From positions 1 to 12,877 of the forward strand of contig JAWOFX010000049.1 in the NCBI GenBank assembly GCA_046497275.1: DNA of 12,877 bases, read 5' to 3'. The number at the start of each line of letters is the position of its first letter. The stretch's first letter is position 1. Shown here piece by piece: positions 1-6,756 of this stretch. Source of the stretch: Promethearchaeia archaeon (GTDB taxonomy: Archaea; Asgardarchaeota; Lokiarchaeia; Sigyniarchaeales; SOKP01). A program made the position numbers and the translations under genes. The notes beneath the pieces were generated by a model, which made no database searches, was not told the origin of the DNA, and was given only the letters and a program-made list of their open reading frames with translations.

Positions 1-1020
1 CTTTTAGAAGAACTCCTCTCTAGAGCAAATGAACCTAAAGTAGAAGATTTACTTTTAGAATATGCTCAAAATATCTATTCCAATGATATCGAAGGGAAGC
101 GTACCATTATTCAGGCATTTAATAATTTTGGTGAAAATAACGATTTAGCTCATAAAGAGCAAATAACAGATATTTTCAAAACATATCTCCAAGCCTTATG
201 GCAGAAAAGAAAAGATTCAAACAAAAATAAATTACCAACTGATCAACAGGAATTAGAACAAGAAATTATCAAGATTGGGGCACTTTTAGAGCTTGATCTT
301 GAAGCAGAGACGCTAAAATTCTTGGAACACTTAAACACACCTTTCGCTGCTCTTGATCAAGTCGCAGAGCATTATAAAGAAAATAACACGTTTCAGTCTC
401 TTTTAATGGAAAAATTGGGAAATACAAATAACCAGCGCTTTATTAAGGACATTTTAAAAGCAATTTCTCTAATCAAGGATCAGATCCCTAATTGTCAAGA
501 ACTAGTCATTAAAAAAATAGAGAAGTATGAATTTGCAGATACAGGCTTAATTATGAATTTAATGGAATCTGAACTTTTAAATGAGGATATTCTTGTGGAT
601 ATGCTCAAACAAGGGGAAGAATGGCAACTTGAATTCGTACGTGAGTTTTTGAATTTAACCCCTGAGAAATTAGATGAATGGAGTGCTTTGCATGACGAGA
701 TCAACTCAATTTTAACTTTATTTCCCGATAATGTTTCTGCTAAAGATTCTGATTCTGAATTTTATCAAAAAAAGGAATTTGCATTACAAGTTATAATTGA
801 TCTAAAACATCAGGAATTAGTCCAACATTGCTTAACTAATTTTTCAAAGTTGCAAGATGATAAATTGCGAAAAATGGCTTTATTTGCGATTATTACCTTT
901 GGAGATGATGATCTTTTATTAGATCTCCGGAAATTGATGGAAAAAGACGAAACAACTCAGGAATATGTGAAAAAGTTTTGGAAACAACTTGAACACCGTG
1001 ATTGGAAATTTTATTATTAG
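1..1020 (+). CDS. 5'-truncated alpha-helical solenoid (HEAT/ARM-like) protein, >339 aa, C-terminus ...HRDWKFYY
   Basis: Frame 1 is open from base 1 (LLEELLSRANEPKVEDLLLEY...) into the listed 322..1020 ORF, so the gene starts upstream of the window. It is L/E/K-rich and amphipathic, and the C-terminal segment LRKMALFAIITFGDDDLLLDLRKLMEKD resembles a HEAT repeat. The CDS is well supported; the fold is inferred. Confidence 0.75.
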   Translation, partial: LLEELLSRANEPKVEDLLLEYAQNIYSNDIEGKRTIIQAFNNFGENNDLAHKEQITDIFKTYLQALWQKRKDSNKNKLPTDQQELEQEIIKIGALLELDLEAETLKFLEHLNTPFAALDQVAEHYKENNTFQSLLMEKLGNTNNQRFIKDILKAISLIKDQIPNCQELVIKKIEKYEFADTGLIMNLMESELLNEDILVDMLKQGEEWQLEFVREFLNLTPEKLDEWSALHDEINSILTLFPDNVSAKDSDSEFYQKKEFALQVIIDLKHQELVQHCLTNFSKLQDDKLRKMALFAIITFGDDDLLLDLRKLMEKDETTQEYVKKFWKQLEHRDWKFYY

Positions 1021-1060
1021 AATAATTCCTTCGAAGAAGAATTCCTTATAAGATGGTAAG

Positions 1061-1191
1061 ATATTTCAAGGGAGTTCTTAGGCCCTCTTTGGAGGCTCTC
1101 CCTTATATCTGTGGCTTAAAGAAGAGCATATTAAGACCACAAATCCCTGTTAAAAGTATGTCTTTTGGTATTCCTCACTCCCTTGAAATAT
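1061..1191 (-). ncRNA. Candidate structured non-coding RNA (alternative: MITE-like element)
   Basis: A perfect 15-bp inverted repeat (ATATTTCAAGGGAGT 1061-1075 / ACTCCCTTGAAATAT 1177-1191) encloses three hairpins. One stem has a G-U pair on the minus strand that is a C-A mismatch on the plus strand. A TATA-like TTAAATAT lies on the minus strand at 1220-1213. Confidence 0.5.
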
Positions 1192-1202
1192 ATAATATAA
1201 TT

Positions 1203-1259
1203 GTCGGTAAAAATATTTAACAATTATGCACTTAACAAATTTAACAATTTTCGTCGGTA
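1203..1259 (-). promoter_or_regulatory. Putative promoter with repeated boxes upstream of the structured element
   Basis: On the plus strand, GTCGGTA occurs at 1203-1209 and 1253-1259 and flanks three TTAACAA copies (1217-1223, 1232-1238, 1241-1247). The minus-strand TATA-like TTAAATAT spans 1220-1213. Confidence 0.4.
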
Positions 1260-1330
1260 CCTAAAGACTCTCTAATATGATTATCAACAAAAATATCCTA
1301 ATTAAGCGGACTAATACGATTTTTCTTTCA

Positions 1331-1350
1331 CTCTTGAGTGGATTCAAGAG
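1331..1350. other. Short hairpin downstream of the zinc-ribbon gene (possible 3' end or terminator structure)
   Basis: CTCTTGA-gtggat-TCAAGAG, a 7-bp stem 30 bp past the stop at 1381. Confidence 0.3.
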
Positions 1351-1380
1351 AGTTGTGATTAGGAAAGGGTTTTAAAAATT

Positions 1381-1518
1381 CTATTTTTGAGTCGCTTCAT
1401 ATTGAAGTGGTTCTCCACACTTAGGACAATATTTAGCTTTTGTTAAACAAAGAGTCCCGCAAATCGGGCATACAATTTTCTTGATCTTACTACATTCGAT
1501 ATTTTTCTCTTTATTCAT
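1381..1518 (-). CDS. 45-aa zinc-ribbon microprotein (not in ORF track): MNKEKNIECSKIKKIVCPICGTLCLTKAKYCPKCGEPLQYEATQK
   Basis: ATG at 1518 and TAG at 1383-1381. Strong RBS GGGAGGTG at 1530-1523. Two CPxCG knuckles (CPICG...YCPKCG) typical of zinc_ribbon_2/DZR-type domains. Confidence 0.9.
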   Translation of the reverse strand: MNKEKNIECSKIKKIVCPICGTLCLTKAKYCPKCGEPLQYEATQK

Positions 1519-1605
1519 AAGACACCTCCCTTACATTTGGATAAATGATACTACCCTAATTTACACTAATTGATCGAGGAATAATTATTTTAAGTCCTAA
1601 TAAAA

Positions 1606-2427
1606 TTATTTCTTTTCAGATGATTGAATTTTTTTAATTAATTTTATTGCTCTCTTATAAAAATAGTCCTCTGAAAGATTCATGAAATTCTCGTTAGAAT
1701 GTGCTTCATTAAACTTTTCGAATAAAGATATAGAATTCTCTAAATGGGCTAAAGAATTTTGGGTATCATCCATCGCATGATATATTTTTCCAATATAGTA
1801 ATGGCATAACGCAGACTGTGCTATATCTCTCGATTTTTTATAGATTCTCAAAGCTTCAGTATAAGATTTAAGTGCTTTTGAATATTTTTTAAGTTTATAT
1901 TCCATTTCAGCAATATAGGTCAAAGCCTCCGCCCTTCCGGATAAATTTCCATGTTTGTTATGTAATTGAAGTATTTTTTGATAAAAGTTTTTCGCACTTG
2001 AATAATTTTCTAATTGTTTGTGAACTTCTGCTACAGTATCTAAAAGAAATATTTTGCTTTCAAAAAGTTGTGTTTGGGATTTGCTGTCTAATTTATTGAA
2101 TGTGTTAAGAGCATTTTCATAATATTGAATTGAAGTTTGAAAGTTGTCCATTAGATAATGAATTCTTCCTATAGATGAATAGGTTTCATAAAGTTCATGT
2201 ACATCTCCATTTCCTGTAATTGATAATTGAGCTTTTACCAAGTCAAGGATATGGATATATACATTTAATGAAGAGGCTAAATCATTCAGGATATATAATA
2301 ACTCTGCTTTTTTTTTCAGTGCGGCTATGTTATCTGGATCCTCTTTTAAGAAAGGATGTAACATATCTAAAGCTTCCTGATATTCCCCCGATTCAATAAG
2401 TTCCTCCACTTTTTGAATCCAATTCAA
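1606..2427 (-). CDS. Tetratricopeptide repeat (TPR) protein, 273 aa
   Basis: About 6 TPR-like units, e.g. TYSSIGRIHYLMDNFQTSIQYYENAL, EALTYIAEMEYKLKKYSKALKSYTEAL, LCHYYIGKIYHAMDDTQNSLAHLENSI. TTG start; an in-frame TAG a short way upstream limits extension. Confidence 0.9.
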   Translation of the reverse strand: MNWIQKVEELIESGEYQEALDMLHPFLKEDPDNIAALKKKAELLYILNDLASSLNVYIHILDLVKAQLSITGNGDVHELYETYSSIGRIHYLMDNFQTSIQYYENALNTFNKLDSKSQTQLFESKIFLLDTVAEVHKQLENYSSAKNFYQKILQLHNKHGNLSGRAEALTYIAEMEYKLKKYSKALKSYTEALRIYKKSRDIAQSALCHYYIGKIYHAMDDTQNSLAHLENSISLFEKFNEAHSNENFMNLSEDYFYKRAIKLIKKIQSSEKK

Positions 2428-2442
2428 ATTCTGAACCTTGCC

Positions 2443-2457
2443 CGGCGAAAGTCGCCG
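2443..2457. other. GC-rich hairpin CGGCGA-AAG-TCGCCG
   Basis: Perfect 6-bp stem in AT-rich DNA, followed by TTTT on the plus strand and 15 nt upstream of the TPR start on the minus strand. Confidence 0.5.
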
Positions 2458-2955
2458 TTTTGTCTAATTGTTGATTTTAGGTAAGAATAAAATGATTCTT
2501 ATCTACTAATAATATTTGTCAAATTGTTTTTAAATATGTTTGTATTTAATTTAGTTTTATTAGTTGTAAAATTTTTTTTCTTTCTTTGGCAGATCCTTAT
2601 AAGTTCCCTATCTGAAAATAAAAACTCCTATTTCAATTTTATACAAAAAAAGACTGGTGCTAATCAAATTGAATTGCCACTTGAATATAGCTTTAAACAT
2701 AAATTCTTAGATATTTCAAAAATACAATTATATTAAAAATAATTATAAATCAAATCTTTTCGAACTTGTCTATTCCATAAAAATTTTTTAAACCATTTCG
2801 TCTATTAAGAGGGATTAAGAATCATAAGATTAGGATAAAAATATTTATCTATGAATTACCTATATTCCACAATTTTTAAAAATCTATTTTTCTTATTCTT
2901 TTTTCGCCCTAAAATATTTAGGTACTCGTTCATTATCTAATTTGGGGTAATTAAA

Positions 2956-3450
2956 ATAGCAACTAAAAGTGCTGATGATTTCCGATATTTAATTCCAGAA
3001 CCCTTATTCCAAAACATCACCCAAAAGGCCGCAGACGAATATCCCTTCATTGTTCATGGCTGGCTTTTCGCTGACAGAAGAGAAAACTTTGGGATTTGTA
3101 CTAAATTCGAAGTCAATGACAATATTAATATAAAACACGCGAAAACACATGAAAAGCCCAGCTCTTGGATGCGATACAAGAAATCGAAACTTTATAACAT
3201 GCGGAAGTTTAAAAAGAACCGCGATGTCGATATTGTATGGCAGTGGCATTCTCATCCTACTGACAAGAAAAAATTACACGCGATGGATAAACGTATCCTC
3301 AAATATATGAGCACTGGGGTTATGATTATTGTAATCCCACCCGTGCCGGAAAAGAACCAAAAAGCTCATATCGTTGGATGGTATTACAACAAACGCCATA
3401 GGAGAAAGCCTGAAATTAAAAAAATGGTCTTTGAGATGATCTCTGAATAA
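2956..3450 (+). CDS. JAB/MPN (JAMM-like) domain protein, ~164 aa, probable non-canonical ATA start
   Basis: The frame is open from 2941 (after TAA 2938-2940) to TAA 3448-3450. The upstream part reads IATKSADDFRYLIPEPLFQNITQKAADEYPFIVHGWLFA..., matching the MPN first helix and strand. Motif VWQWHSHPTDKKKLHAMD. RBS-like GGGGT at 2944-2948 is 7 nt before ATA 2956. The listed ORF starting at 3169 would cut the domain in half. Confidence 0.8.
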   Translation: MATKSADDFRYLIPEPLFQNITQKAADEYPFIVHGWLFADRRENFGICTKFEVNDNINIKHAKTHEKPSSWMRYKKSKLYNMRKFKKNRDVDIVWQWHSHPTDKKKLHAMDKRILKYMSTGVMIIVIPPVPEKNQKAHIVGWYYNKRHRRKPEIKKMVFEMISE

Positions 3451-3680
3451 GGTTCTAATCTTAATTTTTATAGTTCTTTTTTATTTTAGAGAAATTTCTT
3501 TAAAATTTCATATCTTTCACCGATATCTTCTTTATCTCTCTTAGATTTTATTCCTAATTCTTTAATGATATCTTGCAAATTCTGATAATGGAAGATTTGC
3601 CAAATAAGCTAAGCAAAAATATGCTTCCATTGTTAATTAGTTTTCCAATCAATTGGGAAAAAAGATTCAAAAAACTCATG

Positions 3681-3717
3681 ATTTATCACAGATAAATATA
3701 AATATTTATATAAATAT
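3681..3717 (+). promoter_or_regulatory. vapBC promoter: TATA box inside overlapping palindromes
   Basis: ATTTATC-aca-GATAAAT at 3681-3697, perfect palindromes ATATAAATATTTATAT (3696-3711) and ATATTTATATAAATAT (3702-3717), and TATA box TTTATATA at 3705-3712. Confidence 0.55.
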
Positions 3718-3752
3718 CTATATACCTAGAAGAATAACAAATATTATCAAAT

Positions 3753-4007
3753 ATGCCTTCGAAATTAATCTCAGTAAGGGAAGAAATATATAGAAAACTG
3801 AAAAAACTGAAAAATCCGGATGAGAGTTTTTCAGATTTATTTGAGAGAATTATAAAAACACAAGAAAAACAGCCTTTAAAACATTTTGGAATTGGTAAGC
3901 ATCTACCAGAAGAATTTCAAGATGAATTTGAAGCGGTAATTTTAGAAGCTAAGAAGGAATTCGCAGAGAATACAAGGCGCAGATTCAATGAACTTTGGGG
4001 AGAATAG
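3753..4007 (+). CDS. vapB: VapB-type antitoxin (archaeal DUF217/VAPB_antitox-like)
   Basis: N-terminus MPSKLISVREEIYRKLKKLKNPDESFSDLFERII matches the family pattern (K.IsV.eevY..L..lK..gESFSdvi.Rl). Acidic C-terminus. Lies directly upstream of a PIN gene. Confidence 0.9.
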   Translation: MPSKLISVREEIYRKLKKLKNPDESFSDLFERIIKTQEKQPLKHFGIGKHLPEEFQDEFEAVILEAKKEFAENTRRRFNELWGE

Positions 4008-4008
4008 A

Positions 4009-4422
4009 ATGATACTAGTTGACACGACTGTAATTATTGATATATGGCGCGGAAGAACCAACGTAAGGAAGTGCTTAGAAAAATACACTGAAGAATCTTT
4101 CGCAATATCTTCAATCACAATTGAAGAGATTTATGATGGGCTCGGATATACAAAAAAAGAAAAAGGAGAAGAACTCTATAAAAAAATTAGGAATCAATAT
4201 GCAAAAATTTTGCATAATTTTCACATCATCCCCTTATCTACAGAAATTTTAAAAAAAACAGGATTGCTTCGGGGAGAACTTAGAAGAAAGGGCGAGATAC
4301 TTGATCTTGCTGATATCATCATAATGGTCACAGCGCAAGAAATTCACGCATCTAAAATCATCACGAGAAATCCGAAGCATTTTGAGAATTCTTCAATTCC
4401 CATTGAATCCTATAATATATAG
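4009..4422 (+). CDS. vapC: VapC PIN-domain ribonuclease toxin, 137 aa
   Basis: MILVDTTVIID...SSITIEEIYDG...DLADIII...IITRNPKHF carries the PIN acidic residues. The start is moved to ATG 4009, 1 nt after the vapB stop and preceded by GGGGAG at 3997-4002. Confidence 0.93.
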   Translation: MILVDTTVIIDIWRGRTNVRKCLEKYTEESFAISSITIEEIYDGLGYTKKEKGEELYKKIRNQYAKILHNFHIIPLSTEILKKTGLLRGELRRKGEILDLADIIIMVTAQEIHASKIITRNPKHFENSSIPIESYNI

Positions 4423-4639
4423 AGTTTGATTGATTAATACTCGAGAAAACACCGAAATGATCATTAGCGATGAAAAAGTTCCATACAAGAGATAAACCAA
4501 TTCTCAAATATATGGGTCAGATAGTTATGATCATTGTATTTCCGTATATTTCAGAAAATCGCCAACAAGATTGACATATTCTATAACAAAATTTAATTAT
4601 TTAATAAATTTCCATCATCGAATCAAAGGATACTTGTCT

Positions 4640-5989
4640 TCAGAGTTCTTTTTCCTTAAGGATTTTAGCCATATCTTGTAAATCTATGCAGGTTACCTTT
4701 ATTCCTTTATATTCTGTAATTTTCTGATAAAAAGATCTTGCAAATATCACAAAATGTTCATTTCTATTTTGCACGTTCCAATCGACATCTTCTTTTTTCT
4801 TTATCAAATCTAAGGAAATTCTTTTAGCATTTACGTTTTTTTGCCACTTACACTCGATAAATGAAATGGAATTCTTAAATTGATTAAATGCTATTAAATC
4901 TATTTCCTTATCTTTCCACCACCATCGCCCGATTTTTGTAATTTTGATTAGATCACTTCTAATAAGAAATTGTTTCACCACTTTTTCGAATATTGATCCC
5001 AAAAATGTTGAATAATTTTCTCGGATTATATTTATATCGAATATTCCCTCCTCAATCGCGCTTAAATTGGGATAGATGAATCTAAACCAGAATTTTAGAT
5101 AATTATCCTTCAAATAATAACGCCCTCTTCTTGAATTTGGTTTTTCTGTTATGGGGACTTCACGTACAATCATATCAACATCGATTAAATTGCTTAAATA
5201 AGAGCTTATATCTGTTCTTTTTATACCCACAAAACCCTTTATATCACTTAAGGTTGTTTTTCCAAATGCTATCGCTTCTAGTATTGATTTATACATACCT
5301 GGTCGACTAAATTCATATCGCATCAAAAAATCGATCTCATCTCTAAAAATGCTACTGGATTTTTTCAGCTCCTTTTCCATCCATTCCCATAACGGAGGTT
5401 CGATAGTATTGATATAGTAAGGTATTCCATCGCTAAAACTATAAATTTCAATTTGTTCCTTAAGATCTAAATCTGGAAAAAAGTGAGTAAAGTCATAAAA
5501 ATCAATTGCTTCTAATTTTATTGAGCCTGTTCGTCTACCATACAAAGGGCTTGTGTAATTTAAGATTTTTGAAGTCATTAAAGATACTGAAGAACCTATA
5601 AGGAATAATTTCATTTTTGTATCTTTTAATTGAATATCTACAATTGATTGCATGAGATGGAGTATATTCTCATCTTCTTGAATCATATTTTGGAATTCAT
5701 CAATAATTATTACCTCAACATTATTTTTCAAAAAGTCAAATATTACATCGTACGTTTGCCGTAATTTGCTAACTTCTGGATATTGCAAACTGCAAGTTTC
5801 ATAAAACCGTCTTAAATTATCTTGTCCTACCGCTAAGTAATATATTCTGTTCATCTGTTTTGTTGCTTGTAGAATTAACTCTGTTTTGCCGACTCTGCGT
5901 CTACCATATAGAATTATAAGCTGGAATTCTTCCCTTTCTAATATTTCTTCTAAATCCTTAAGTTCTTCTGTTCTGTTATGGAATTGCAT
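4640..5989 (-). CDS. Archaeal ATP-binding protein: P-loop ATPase (ATPase_2-like) + wHTH + DUF234/PD-(D/E)xK-like C-terminal domain
   Basis: F.NR.EEL start, Walker A GRRRVGKT, Walker B IIIDEFQ, SPLYGRRT, DNYLKFWFRFIYP, and C-terminal EIDLIA...FIECKW. Confidence 0.93.
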   Translation of the reverse strand: MQFHNRTEELKDLEEILEREEFQLIILYGRRRVGKTELILQATKQMNRIYYLAVGQDNLRRFYETCSLQYPEVSKLRQTYDVIFDFLKNNVEVIIIDEFQNMIQEDENILHLMQSIVDIQLKDTKMKLFLIGSSVSLMTSKILNYTSPLYGRRTGSIKLEAIDFYDFTHFFPDLDLKEQIEIYSFSDGIPYYINTIEPPLWEWMEKELKKSSSIFRDEIDFLMRYEFSRPGMYKSILEAIAFGKTTLSDIKGFVGIKRTDISSYLSNLIDVDMIVREVPITEKPNSRRGRYYLKDNYLKFWFRFIYPNLSAIEEGIFDINIIRENYSTFLGSIFEKVVKQFLIRSDLIKITKIGRWWWKDKEIDLIAFNQFKNSISFIECKWQKNVNAKRISLDLIKKKEDVDWNVQNRNEHFVIFARSFYQKITEYKGIKVTCIDLQDMAKILKEKEL

Positions 5990-5998
5990 TTTAATAAA

Positions 5999-6037
5999 TT
6001 TGTATAATTTTTATTAGTATAATTTTTATTATACAAA
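5999..6037. repeat. Tandem and inverted repeat over the ATPase promoter (putative operator)
   Basis: GTATAATTTTTATTA occurs twice in tandem (6002-6016, 6017-6031). TTTGTATAAT (5999-6008) is inverted with ATTATACAAA (6028-6037). The array lies between TATA TTTATAAA (6043-6050) and the ATG at 5989. Confidence 0.7.
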
Positions 6038-6338
6038 ACATATTTATAAATCTGACCTATAAATTGCATTTTTATTCTGAGACGATAAACAACACCGCAA
6101 AAACGCCTTCCATCAAAAAATGAACCTTGAGATGGATTCGTAATTATTACTTAATTGTAATCCTTAAAGTTGGGAATTTCAAGACCCTAATAGATACTTA
6201 TGGAGATAAGGTATATAGATAATTTTTGGCCTTTAAAAATTGATGAAATTTTTTTCCAATAAGGTTCTTTAAAAAAAGATGATTGCCGCAGTTATTAAAA
6301 TTCATTGATCAAGAAAGAAAAAATAGGAACTTAATCAA

Positions 6339-6737
6339 TCAGTCTGGATTTTGGTTTAAAGTTTTTAAATTTTTTGCCCATATTGCGATTCTTTCAAAGA
6401 TATCCTCCAAACCTTTTTTCTGTTTTGTCAATGAATATTCAACACGTATTGGAATTTCATTAAAGACCTCTCGATGAATTAAACCAAGACCTTCTAGTTC
6501 TCTTAACCTAGAAGTTATAGTTTTTGGGCTCCCACCTAATTTTTCTTCAATTTCATTAAATCGAAGTGTAGTATGTAGTAATAATTCCCTAATGATCGGC
6601 ATTACGTATTTTTTTCCAAATAGGGATAAAACTCTCCTAACACGGCATTCTTCCATGCAATTTCTAACATCATCATGTTTTGAGCAATGCCATTCAAAAA
6701 GATCATCATTATCTTTGGTATTATCATTATCTGACAT
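6339..6737 (-). CDS. HxlR/DUF24-family winged-helix transcriptional regulator with Cys/His-rich N-terminal extension
   Basis: LSLFGKKYVMPIIRELL...LRFNEIEEKLGGSPKTITSRLRELEGLGLIHREVFNEIPIRVEYSLT is a typical HxlR pattern. N-terminal WHCSKHDDVRNCMEEC. Confidence 0.92.
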   Translation of the reverse strand: MSDNDNTKDNDDLFEWHCSKHDDVRNCMEECRVRRVLSLFGKKYVMPIIRELLLHTTLRFNEIEEKLGGSPKTITSRLRELEGLGLIHREVFNEIPIRVEYSLTKQKKGLEDIFERIAIWAKNLKTLNQNPD

Positions 6738-6756
6738 TTTTACTAATTTTTTTACT

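Noticed and set aside
495-704. 69-aa minus-strand ORF
   Set aside because: Antisense shadow of the long plus-strand gene; Ser-rich with no motif.
1061-1191. Identification of the element as 5S rRNA, tRNA, SRP RNA, SECIS or a known riboswitch
   Set aside because: Their conserved motifs are absent, and no gene in the window has an in-frame TGA needing a SECIS.
1053-1220. 55-codon plus-strand ORF (MVRYFKGVLRPSLEAL...) across the structured element
   Set aside because: No RBS or recognisable motif; the base-pairing pattern and minus-strand TATA explain the region better.
2524-2736. 70-aa plus-strand ORF in the AT-rich spacer
   Set aside because: F/L/N/K-rich composition typical of random AT-rich DNA; TTG start with no RBS.
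3004-3255. 83-aa minus-strand ORF
   Set aside because: Antisense to the extended JAB frame.
3988-4008. vapC start at 3988
   Set aside because: ATG 4009 has an RBS and gives the canonical PIN N-terminus (MILVDT).
4423-4639. Possible C/D box sRNA or gene relic between vapC and the ATPase
   Set aside because: Only partial ATGATCA/CTGA matches without proper box C/D geometry; frames are interrupted by stops.
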